Of a DNA stretch of 32,000 bases, positions 24,001-31,328 are shown piece after piece (positions within the stretch are counted from its first letter, which is position 1; every line of letters begins with the position of its first letter). Origin of the DNA: Candidatus Saccharimonadota bacterium (GTDB lineage: Bacteria > Patescibacteriota > Gracilibacteria > UBA4473); the NCBI GenBank assembly GCA_020632335.1, contig JACKFV010000001.1:240001-272000 (forward strand). The letters run 5' to 3'. Under the pieces are notes generated by a model. The model was not told the DNA's origin and did no database searches. It saw only the letters and a list, made by a program, of their open reading frames with translations. A program made the translations under genes and the position numbers.

Positions 24001-25545
24001 ATGGAATATCTCTCGTATATTTGGCCCCTGGGAGGGCTACTGGTGGGGCTGGGGCTGGGGTACATTGCGTTTCGTCCTAAGGCAAAACTCATAGAACAGG
24101 CGGCTATTCGCGAGGCCGAACGGCTCAAAAATATGGCCGAGAAGGAGGTGGCCAGGCTGCAATCTGAGGCCGAGGACCACGCCAAAAAAACCCGCAAGCG
24201 CGCCGAGCAGGAGGAGGAGAAGATTCTCAAACGGATGGAGAAGAAAGAGGCCGAGAGTGATGAGCGGCTGGAACGGAAGGAAGAGCAGCTGGAGAAGCGG
24301 CTCAGCAAGGCCGAGGAGAGCCAGGCCAAGTACGAGCAGGCCGCGGAGGAATTTACCGAGAAGAAGCGCGAGCTGCAGGAGCAGATAAATGCCGAGATGG
24401 AGAAACTGGGGGAGATCGCGAAGCTCAGCCCCGAGGAAGCCAAGGAGAAGCTCATGGCCCAGGTGGAGGCCGAGGCCGAGAGCCAGCTGGCCGAAACGCA
24501 GCGCCGCAAGGTGGAGCTGATGCGCCAGCACGCCGACGAAGAGGCCAGTAACCTGCTGGTGCAGAGCATACAGCGTATGGCGAGTACCACCACGGCGGAG
24601 TCAACCCTCTCCATCGTGAAACTGGCGAATGATGACCTCAAGGGGCGGATCATCGGCCGGGAGGGGCGGAACATCACGGCCTTTGAGCAGATCACGGGTG
24701 TAGACGTCATCATCGACGATACCCCTGGTGCGGTCACCATTAGTAGCTTTGATATGTACCGCCGCTATGTGGCCAGTATGGTGCTGGAGGAGATGCTCAA
24801 GGACGGGCGCATCAACCCCGCCAAGATAGAAGACCACATGGAAAAGGCCGAGAAAAACGCCGAGAAGCTGCTGCTGGAGCTGGGGCGCAAGGCCGAGGAA
24901 GAGTTGGGGATCAGCGGGACCTTCCCCGATGAGGTGCTGAAACTGGTGGGGCGGCTGCGGTTCCGCACCAGCTATGGGCAGAATGTCCTGCGCCACAGCG
25001 TGGAGGTAGCGTGGCTGGGGGCCGAGATCGCGCAGCACATCCCTGGTGCTGACCCCGAAATCCTCAAGAAGGCCGGCCTGGTACATGACATGGGCAAGGC
25101 CGTCAGCCATGAGGTAGAGGGCGGGCACGCGCTGGTGGGGCGGGACATTCTGCAGAAGTACGGGGTAGCGAAACCCATCTGGCAGGCCATGCAGAGCCAC
25201 CACGAGGACGTGCCGTATGAGACGATCGAGTCGCGCATCCTCCAGGCCGCCGACGCCATCTCTGCCGCGAGGCCCGGAGCCCGTCGAGAGACGCTGGAGA
25301 AGTACATCAAGCGCTTGCGTCAGCTGGAGGAGATCTCGAGTAATTTCTCCGGTGTGGAGAAGGCCTACGCGCTGCAGGCCGGGCGAGAGGTGCGGGTGTT
25401 TGTGAACGCTCGAGAGATGAGCGACAGCGCAAGCGAGAAGCTCAGCTTTGAGGTGGCGCGAAAGATAGAGGCCGAGTGCCAGTACCCTGGTGAAGTGCGC
25501 GTGCATGTCATCCGCGAACGGCGCTTCACTGAGGTGGCGCACTAG
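24001..25545 (+). CDS. rny: Ribonuclease Y
   Basis: N-terminal TM (IWPLGGLLVGLGLGYIAF), a long Glu/Lys/Ala coiled coil, KH domain GRIIGREGRNITAFEQITGVDVIIDD and HD domain (HSVEVAWLG...GLVHDMGKA). Confidence 0.96.
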   Translation: MEYLSYIWPLGGLLVGLGLGYIAFRPKAKLIEQAAIREAERLKNMAEKEVARLQSEAEDHAKKTRKRAEQEEEKILKRMEKKEAESDERLERKEEQLEKRLSKAEESQAKYEQAAEEFTEKKRELQEQINAEMEKLGEIAKLSPEEAKEKLMAQVEAEAESQLAETQRRKVELMRQHADEEASNLLVQSIQRMASTTTAESTLSIVKLANDDLKGRIIGREGRNITAFEQITGVDVIIDDTPGAVTISSFDMYRRYVASMVLEEMLKDGRINPAKIEDHMEKAEKNAEKLLLELGRKAEEELGISGTFPDEVLKLVGRLRFRTSYGQNVLRHSVEVAWLGAEIAQHIPGADPEILKKAGLVHDMGKAVSHEVEGGHALVGRDILQKYGVAKPIWQAMQSHHEDVPYETIESRILQAADAISAARPGARRETLEKYIKRLRQLEEISSNFSGVEKAYALQAGREVRVFVNAREMSDSASEKLSFEVARKIEAECQYPGEVRVHVIRERRFTEVAH

Positions 25546-25609
25546 CAGGATCATGCCCGGTGTGTGCTCCGTGGGGAGCTGTTGGCGGTCTGCAATAGCA
25601 GCAGCTCTA

Positions 25610-25638
25610 TTGCCAGCAGGACCCATTACTGCTAGACT
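25610..25638 (+). promoter_or_regulatory. Sigma70-like promoter for the S8 protease (with SD)
   Basis: TTGCCA (25610-25615) - 17 nt - TAGACT (25633-25638). GGAGGG (25639-25644) lies 11 nt before ATG 25656 and is one of the few clear SD sites in the window. Confidence 0.45.
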
Positions 25639-25655
25639 GGAGGGAAATCTCTCTC

Positions 25656-27788
25656 ATGCGCTCGGTTCTCCTCACAACAATACTCTTTCTCTTTACTCTC
25701 TCTACGGGGCTGCAGAGCTTTGCGCAAGTGGTGCCCAGCATACGCCCCACCCCGCTGGAACGCGATGGCACCCCTATAGACCCTACGCGGTATGACGGGG
25801 CGTTTCTCCCCCGCACCAGTACGCCGGCGTCCCTCTCAGCAGATACGGGGCTGCTCCCCCCCAGTCCCTCTCTCTCCGAGCAAAAAGACTACGCCGCCAG
25901 CAGTACCTTCCAGACTCTGGGGCTCTCTACTGACCTAAACACCATTACCGCAGCTCTGCCAGAAGCAGCCCGCCAAGCCATAGAAACAGAAGAAAACGCC
26001 GGGGCAGTGGTCATCCCGAATCACTATATGCTGCAGATAGAACCCACAACAGTGCAAGCCGCCGAGCAACTCGGGATAGATATAGAAAGCGTCATGCATG
26101 GCATGGTCACCCAGGTGGAGAACCAACTCGGCGCAGGAGAAATCCGTGTGGTAGACACCGTCACCATGCAGCCTTCTGGCTATACATTCCTCAGTATAGA
26201 AGCCAGTCCTCAAGCCATGGGGCGCCTGCTGCAGCGGCGGGATATTGCCGCAGTAAATGCTGATGTCCTGGTGACCATCACGGCTACGGAGTCGAATGCG
26301 CCTTGGGGCCTTGACAGAATTGACCAGCCTTCCCTTCCCTTAAACGGCACCTATACCTATCAGCAAGAGGGAGAAGGCGTACATGTATTCATCCTCGATA
26401 CGGGGATAAATGCCAGCCATACGGAATTCACGGGGCGGATAGGACAGTCGATGAGCTACTTTGACAGCAGTGCTGCAGATGGCCACGGCCACGGAACCCA
26501 TGTGGCGGGTACCATCGCCGGCACTAGCTATGGGGTAGCGAAAAAGGCCACTGTGCATGCGGTGAAGGTCCTGGGAGATAATGGCATTGGCCCGCTCTCT
26601 ACCATTGTGGGGGGGATAAATTGGGTGGTCAATAGCCCGTATCGTCCCGCAGTTATCAACCTCAGCTTGGGGGTACAGGGGCTCCAGAGTAGCGTGATGA
26701 ATGCGGTTGCCAATGCCACAGCAGCCGGCGTAACTGTGGTAGTAGCGGGAGGCAATACCGGGAGTAATGCGTGTGGGTATTCTCCTGCAGCAGCCCCGAG
26801 CGCCATAACCGTAGGGGCCATTGCCAATAACGACAGCCGCCCAGGCTTCTCGAATTATGGCCCTTGCATAGATCTCTTTGCTCCAGGAGTCGCCATTACC
26901 TCTGCCTGGAAGGGAAGCCCTACTAGCACCAATGTTGCTAGTGGGACCTCTATGGCGTCGCCCCATGTGGCAGGCGTCGCGGCACTCTATCTCGGGGAGG
27001 ATCCTACCCTCTCTCCGGCAGCGCTCACCACAGCGATGAAAACCGCTGCTATCAGCAATATCCTCAGTAATACTGGTACCGGATCCGCCAATCTCCTCCT
27101 CCAGAGCACTTTGGGAGACATCCCCGATTCTCCCACCCCAGCGCCAACTCCCACACCTGCTCCAGTGCCTACCCCTACTCCGGCACCTACCCCTACCCCT
27201 GCCCCGGCGCCAGTACCTACCCCTGCTCCGACGCCAACTCCAACACCCACACCAAGCCCGACTCCTGCTCCTGCTCCAACCCCTACACCAACGCCTACTC
27301 CCACACCGCCCAGTACCTGCGGAGGTGGCCTAGGACCCTGCCTCCAAAACCCGAATCCCAATCCTCCCACCACACCGCCGATTGTCTCTCCGCCAGACAT
27401 CCCCACAGACGTGCTCCAGCGCATCATCTACCTGCGGAACCTCGCACAGCAGCTCCAGACCCTCATCGACACCTACGCGAGGATCATAGAGCGGATCGGC
27501 ACCATCATAGAAGATCTCTTGGCTGAACTCACCCCCGAGAGCTCTCTAGAGCTCGTTACCGCCATCACCCAACGGGTAGAAAAACTCGAAGAGCTTCTCA
27601 GTATCCTCGCCGAACGCCAAGAAGGCTATAACCAACAGCTCGTAGCAGTACTCGCAGAGCTCCAGCATCTGCTCAGCTCCACCACCAGTACGCTGGAAGA
27701 GATCACTCCGTCGGCCAATCCCTACCAGACCTACCAGTACTCCACGGATAGCTTCGGCACCCCGGACATGAATATGCCGATCAACTAG
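25656..27788 (+). CDS. Secreted subtilisin-like (S8, proteinase K-type) serine protease with Pro/Thr linker and C-terminal coiled-coil domain
   Basis: Signal peptide [23 protein letters not shown], an I9-like propeptide and APWGLDRI. The catalytic residues are D (FILDTGI), H ([10 protein letters not shown]) and S ([11 protein letters not shown]). A PTPAP-type linker follows, then about 155 aa of heptad-like helical sequence. Confidence 0.93.
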   Translation: MRSVLLTTILFLFTLSTGLQSFAQVVPSIRPTPLERDGTPIDPTRYDGAFLPRTSTPASLSADTGLLPPSPSLSEQKDYAASSTFQTLGLSTDLNTITAALPEAARQAIETEENAGAVVIPNHYMLQIEPTTVQAAEQLGIDIESVMHGMVTQVENQLGAGEIRVVDTVTMQPSGYTFLSIEASPQAMGRLLQRRDIAAVNADVLVTITATESNAPWGLDRIDQPSLPLNGTYTYQQEGEGVHVFILDTGINASHTEFTGRIGQSMSYFDSSAADGHGHGTHVAGTIAGTSYGVAKKATVHAVKVLGDNGIGPLSTIVGGINWVVNSPYRPAVINLSLGVQGLQSSVMNAVANATAAGVTVVVAGGNTGSNACGYSPAAAPSAITVGAIANNDSRPGFSNYGPCIDLFAPGVAITSAWKGSPTSTNVASGTSMASPHVAGVAALYLGEDPTLSPAALTTAMKTAAISNILSNTGTGSANLLLQSTLGDIPDSPTPAPTPTPAPVPTPTPAPTPTPAPAPVPTPAPTPTPTPTPSPTPAPAPTPTPTPTPTPPSTCGGGLGPCLQNPNPNPPTTPPIVSPPDIPTDVLQRIIYLRNLAQQLQTLIDTYARIIERIGTIIEDLLAELTPESSLELVTAITQRVEKLEELLSILAERQEGYNQQLVAVLAELQHLLSSTTSTLEEITPSANPYQTYQYSTDSFGTPDMNMPIN
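27132..27311 (+). repeat. Low-complexity Pro/Thr/Ala-coding tandem repeat (linker of the S8 protease)
   Basis: Encodes [60 protein letters not shown] as imperfect ACC/CCT/GCN repeats. It is likely to be length-variable. Confidence 0.8.
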
Positions 27789-27791
27789 CCC

Positions 27792-29597
27792 TTAGCTCTC
27801 CTCGAGGACTATCACGCCCTTGATCCGCCGCTTGCCCGCGCCAGAGCTCTCCTCCTTGGCTATGCGGAACCGTCCGCCTACCTGCGCTGTGTTACTCAGG
27901 TGTGGCCCGCCGCAGATCTCTGTACTCCACGGGCCCATGAAGTACACGCGCACTACAGCGCCGTACTTGTCGCGGAACCACCCCAGTGCCCCCTGCGCAT
28001 AGGCCTGCTCCAGCGGCATCTCCTCCATGGTGATGGGGCACGCTGCCGCAATGGCGTCATTTACCCAGGTCTCTACCGCGGCTATTTCCTCGGGGGTGAG
28101 CTTCTCATTATGGGTGAAGTCAAAGCGGGTTCGCTCTGGGGTGATGTGCTGGCCGGTCTGCTGTACATGCGGCCCCAGCACCTGCCGTAGCCCCTCCTGT
28201 AGCAGGTGGGTGGTGGTATGCAGCTTGATCGTTTCGGGGTCGTTATCCGCCAGTCCGCCGCTGAACTGCCCCACCGACGCCGTACGGCTGAGCTCTCTAT
28301 GCGCCTCTTCGGCCATGGCAAACCCGGCAGTGTCCACGCTCAGGCCATGTTCTGCGGCCATCTCCTGCGTGAGCTCCAGCGGGTAGCCATATGTCTCATA
28401 GAGGTGGAAGGCCGTGGGGCCATCTACGACGCCTTGCAGTTCCGGCAGCCGCTTGAGGAACTCCTTCTCTCCCCGCTCCAGCGTCTGGAGGAAGAGCCGC
28501 TCCTCCTTGTCTACCACAGTCTGCAGGTGCTCCAGTTGCTCGGAAATATCCGGGTACACGGGGCCCAGTTTCTCGCTCACCGCCGGGAGGATACGCGCGA
28601 TGAAGGGCTCTGTCAGCCCCAATTTACGGCCATGACGGCTGGCTCTGCGGAGGATACGCCGGAGAATATAGCCCTGCGCGGTATTACTGGGGGTCACGCC
28701 ATCGGCCACCAGCACCGCTGCAGTACGCGTGTGATCCGCCAGTATGCGCAGGCTGTAGTGGTCGTCGGTCTCGGCGGTGACGGCCTGCAGCAGGTCCTCT
28801 CGCCCACAGGTACGCGCCAGCTGGGTGAGAATCCCCGAGAAGGCATCGGTTTCGTAGACGCTCGTCTTGCCATTCAGCACGGCTACCAGGCGCTCCAGCC
28901 CGGCACCGGTGTCGATGTTTTTCTTTGCTAGCGGGGTGAGGCGGCGGTCTTCCTCCCGGTTGAAGGTCATAAAGACGCTATTCCAGACCTCCACCCAGCG
29001 GTCATCGTCGTGCGTCTGCTGGAAGTTCTCTGGTGCTGGCGTGGTGCTATCCTTCCAGTAGAACATCTCGGTATCTGGCCCGCAGAGCCCCGTATCGCCC
29101 TTGGCCCACCAGTTGTCGTCCTCCCCCAGGTAGGCTATGCGCGCCTGGCTCACCCCCTGCGCCCGCCAGAGCTGCGCGCTTTCCTCGTCTCGTGGAGCGG
29201 CGTCATTCCCCGCAAAGACGCTAAAGGCCAGCCGCTGCGGGTCTAGCTGGAGCTCCTGCGTGAGAAAGGCGTAGCACCAGGGGATCTGCTCTTGCTTGAA
29301 GTAATCCCCCAGGCTCCAGTTCCCCAGCATCTCGAAGAAGGTCAGATGTGTCGCGTCGCCTACTTCTTCTAGGTCTATGGTGCGGATGCACTTCTGCGCA
29401 TTCGCCAGGCGCACACTGCCCGTGGGGTGCGGCGCGCCATTGAGGTAGGGCACCAGCGGGTGCATACCCGAGTTGTGGAAGAGCGCGCTGGGGTCATCTG
29501 CCGGGAGCACACTGGCCGAGGGAATAATGGTGTGGCCCTTGCGAGTCCAAAAGGCATTCCAGAGCTGCCGGACGCTATCAGTAGTGTGGAGCATCAT
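27792..29597 (-). CDS. alaS: Alanine--tRNA ligase, short form lacking the C-Ala domain
   Basis: Class II core FWTRKGHTIIPSASVLPADDPSALFHNSGM and FFEMLGNWSLGDYFK. Editing-domain motifs are HTTTHLL and CGGPH. The 601-aa protein ends about 40 aa after CGGPH. ATG 29597 (MMLHTTDSVRQ) was chosen. Confidence 0.92.
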   Translation of the reverse strand: MMLHTTDSVRQLWNAFWTRKGHTIIPSASVLPADDPSALFHNSGMHPLVPYLNGAPHPTGSVRLANAQKCIRTIDLEEVGDATHLTFFEMLGNWSLGDYFKQEQIPWCYAFLTQELQLDPQRLAFSVFAGNDAAPRDEESAQLWRAQGVSQARIAYLGEDDNWWAKGDTGLCGPDTEMFYWKDSTTPAPENFQQTHDDDRWVEVWNSVFMTFNREEDRRLTPLAKKNIDTGAGLERLVAVLNGKTSVYETDAFSGILTQLARTCGREDLLQAVTAETDDHYSLRILADHTRTAAVLVADGVTPSNTAQGYILRRILRRASRHGRKLGLTEPFIARILPAVSEKLGPVYPDISEQLEHLQTVVDKEERLFLQTLERGEKEFLKRLPELQGVVDGPTAFHLYETYGYPLELTQEMAAEHGLSVDTAGFAMAEEAHRELSRTASVGQFSGGLADNDPETIKLHTTTHLLQEGLRQVLGPHVQQTGQHITPERTRFDFTHNEKLTPEEIAAVETWVNDAIAAACPITMEEMPLEQAYAQGALGWFRDKYGAVVRVYFMGPWSTEICGGPHLSNTAQVGGRFRIAKEESSGAGKRRIKGVIVLEES

Positions 29598-29604
29598 GCT
29601 GCTC

Positions 29605-29632
29605 AGTGTAGGGCACTGTGAGCACTCGGCAA
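29605..29632 (-). promoter_or_regulatory. Leaderless-type promoter for alaS
   Basis: Minus strand: TTGCCG (29632-29627) - 16 nt - TACACT (29610-29605) - 7 nt - ATG 29597. Confidence 0.5.
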
Positions 29633-29750
29633 GCCTTGACAGGAAGAAAGTTATATCCATAGCATACGAGGTCTATATCTGGTATTTTTGCTGAAATTGG
29701 TAGGCAGTGCGCAAACTCCTTGGCGGATACCAATCCTCAGGAAAAATCTC

Positions 29751-29778
29751 TAGCTCTTTTGCCGTGCAGCGCTATTCT
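29751..29778 (+). promoter_or_regulatory. Candidate leaderless-type promoter for tgt
   Basis: TAGCTC (29751-29756, weak -35) - 16 nt - TATTCT (29773-29778) - 6 nt - ATG 29785. Confidence 0.4.
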
Positions 29779-29784
29779 GGGCGC

Positions 29785-30957
29785 ATGAGTAACTACACGC
29801 TGGAGCAGACAGACGGGCACGCCAGGGCGGGGGTCTTCCACACCCGGCGGGGCAGTGTACAGACCCCACTCTTCTTCTCGGTCGCTACGCGGGGGGCTAT
29901 TAAGGCCGGCCTCACGGTGGAGGATCTGCGGGCTATTCAGGCGCCGTTTGTCCTCAGTAATACCTACCATCTGGCGTTGCGCCCGGGTACAGACGTGCTG
30001 GACGCGCTGGGGGGGCTGCATGCCTTCATGGGGTGGGAGGGGCCGATTATCACCGATAGTGGCGGCTTCCAGGTCTACTCCCTGCAGCAGAAGAAGATCA
30101 CTGATGCAGGGGTGCGGTTTCGCAATCACCTCAATGGGGACGAGCTGTGGCTGGATGCTGAGGAGAGCATGCGGATCCAGCACAGCATCGGCAGTGATGT
30201 GCTGATGACCTTTGACGACTGTCCTCCTAGCTTCCCGCGGGATGAGGCCGTCAGTAAGCGCAAGCAGCAGCGGGTCCGTGATGCGCTCACCCGCACACAG
30301 GCCTGGGCGGAGCGGTGCTGCCAGTATCACTTTGCGCGCTACCCGCAGACCCTCAGCGTGACGGAGCGGCCCCAGCTCTTCGGTATTGTGCAGGGGGGGT
30401 GTGATATCTCGCTCCGCCAACAGAGTCTGGAGGGGCTGCTGCAGCTCCCCTTTGACGGCTATGCCATGGGCGGCCTGGCGGTAGGGGAGCCGCCGGAGGA
30501 TATGTACCGCGTGCTCAGCGCCACTATGCCCCTGCTGCCGGTGGAGAAACCCCACTACCTCATGGGGGTGGGCACGCCGCGTGACTTGCTGGAGTGTATT
30601 GCTCGTGGGGTGGATATGTTCGACTGCGTGATGCCCATGCGTAATGCTCGCCACGGCACGCTGTTTACCGACGCTGGGGTGCTGAAGGTAACCGCCGCAC
30701 GCTATCGCACAGACGAGAAAGTCATAGACCCGCACTGCGACTGCCCTGCCTGCATTGCGGGTTATAGCCGCAGCTATCTGCACCATCTGCTACGGGTGGG
30801 CGAGGTAACGGGCCAGCGGCTCTGCACGCTGCATAACCTGCGCTATTACCTGCGGCTGATGGAGGACGCCCGGGCGGAGATACTCGCCCAGCGCTACCAC
30901 CCCTGGATGGCCGAGAAACTGGCGGGGTGGGGCTACCCTGTGTACACTGCAGAGTAA
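29785..30957 (+). CDS. tgt: Queuine tRNA-ribosyltransferase (tRNA-guanine transglycosylase)
   Basis: TDGHARAGVFHTRRGSVQTPLFF, SNTYHLALRPG, TDSGGFQV, and the zinc site CDCPAC...H (CDCPACIAGYSRSYLHHL). ATG 29785 (MSNYTLEQ) was chosen. Confidence 0.95.
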   Translation: MSNYTLEQTDGHARAGVFHTRRGSVQTPLFFSVATRGAIKAGLTVEDLRAIQAPFVLSNTYHLALRPGTDVLDALGGLHAFMGWEGPIITDSGGFQVYSLQQKKITDAGVRFRNHLNGDELWLDAEESMRIQHSIGSDVLMTFDDCPPSFPRDEAVSKRKQQRVRDALTRTQAWAERCCQYHFARYPQTLSVTERPQLFGIVQGGCDISLRQQSLEGLLQLPFDGYAMGGLAVGEPPEDMYRVLSATMPLLPVEKPHYLMGVGTPRDLLECIARGVDMFDCVMPMRNARHGTLFTDAGVLKVTAARYRTDEKVIDPHCDCPACIAGYSRSYLHHLLRVGEVTGQRLCTLHNLRYYLRLMEDARAEILAQRYHPWMAEKLAGWGYPVYTAE

Positions 30958-30975
30958 AGAAAACCCCTGTTACAT

Positions 30976-31263
30976 CTACCGTATCTCCTCTATCCCCACT
31001 ATCCCCTCACACTGGCGCTGCACACGCTCCAGTATGGCCTCTCGGTGCATCATAAATGCCCCTCGTGCCGCTGCGCTCTGCACCCGTATGCTGATGACCC
31101 CCTCACGGTGCTGCACGGCCACGCACTGCTCTGCCAGTGCGGGGAGTACCTCCGCGATGGCCCTATTACACACCCCACACACCATGATGGCATGGGTCTG
31201 GTGCTGGAGCCCAAACTTCCTCGTGCTCTGGATCAGGTGGCTGGCGGCAAGAGAGAATCCCAT
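30976..31263 (-). CDS. DUF721 / DciA-like small protein
   Basis: 95 aa. The pattern ...IAEVLPALAEQCVAVQHREGVISIRVQSAAARGAFMMHREAILERVQ resembles DUF721 (target strand, 'L.V.V.s..w' strand, then helix). Called from memory only. Confidence 0.5.
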   Translation of the reverse strand: MGFSLAASHLIQSTRKFGLQHQTHAIMVCGVCNRAIAEVLPALAEQCVAVQHREGVISIRVQSAAARGAFMMHREAILERVQRQCEGIVGIEEIR

Positions 31264-31271
31264 ATACCGGC

Positions 31272-31299
31272 ATCATACGCCAGCGCCTTGCGTTGACAA
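31272..31299 (-). promoter_or_regulatory. Near-leaderless promoter for the DUF721-like gene
   Basis: Minus strand: TTGTCA (31299-31294) - 16 nt - TATGAT (31277-31272) - 8 nt - ATG 31263. Confidence 0.45.
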
Positions 31300-31322
31300 G
31301 TCCTGCCCGGAGGCTCTAGAGT
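31293..31322 (+). promoter_or_regulatory. Leaderless-type promoter for the class I aldolase
   Basis: TTGACA (31293-31298) - 18 nt - TAGAGT (31317-31322) - 6 nt - ATG 31329. Its -35 overlaps the -35 of the divergent promoter. Confidence 0.5.
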
Positions 31323-31328
31323 AAGACT

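Noticed and set aside
23724-24740. 338-aa Ser-rich minus-strand ORF, the longest unannotated ORF in the track.
   Set aside because: It is the exact antisense of the Glu/Lys/Ala-rich coiled-coil region of rny. GAG/GCC/AAG codons read backwards give CTC/GGC/CTT and Ser-rich low complexity. It also overlaps the ybaB start. It is a GC-rich mirror-frame artefact.
25592-25613. Hairpin GCAATAG-8 nt-CTATTGC between rny and the S8 protease, considered as the rny terminator.
   Set aside because: The stem is 7 bp and AT-containing, with no downstream T-run. It overlaps the proposed -35 (TTGCCA 25610-25615) of the protease promoter. I cannot support it as a terminator, though it may be incidental or regulatory.
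24601-25626. 341-aa minus-strand ORF antisense to the KH/HD part of rny. Similar long antisense or off-frame ORFs occur at 2352-3017, 9384-10400, 11994-12626, 15449-16195, 20915-21805, 28206-28931 and 29737-30786.
   Set aside because: Each lies entirely within a confidently identified gene on the other strand or frame. Their composition is biased (Arg/Gly/Pro/His-rich) and I recognise no motifs. This is expected stop-codon depletion in GC-rich DNA.
27132-27311. Short tandem repeats that could superficially suggest a CRISPR-like or other repeat array.
   Set aside because: The period is 6-15 nt with no spacers, and the repeats are in frame inside the S8 protease, encoding a Pro/Thr/Ala linker. 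No repeat-spacer architecture or cas genes occur anywhere in the window.
26987-27427. 146-aa ORF encoding [11 protein letters not shown] repeats.
   Set aside because: It is the antisense reading of the PTPAP linker of the S8 protease and is not an independent gene.
29636-29664. Plus-strand TTGACA (29636-29641) - 17 nt - ATAGCA upstream of tgt.
   Set aside because: The -10 is poor (no terminal T) and lies 120 nt from the tgt ATG, which has a closer leaderless-type -10 (TATTCT 29773-29778). The hexamer may simply be adjacent to the alaS -35 by chance. I could not decide from sequence alone.
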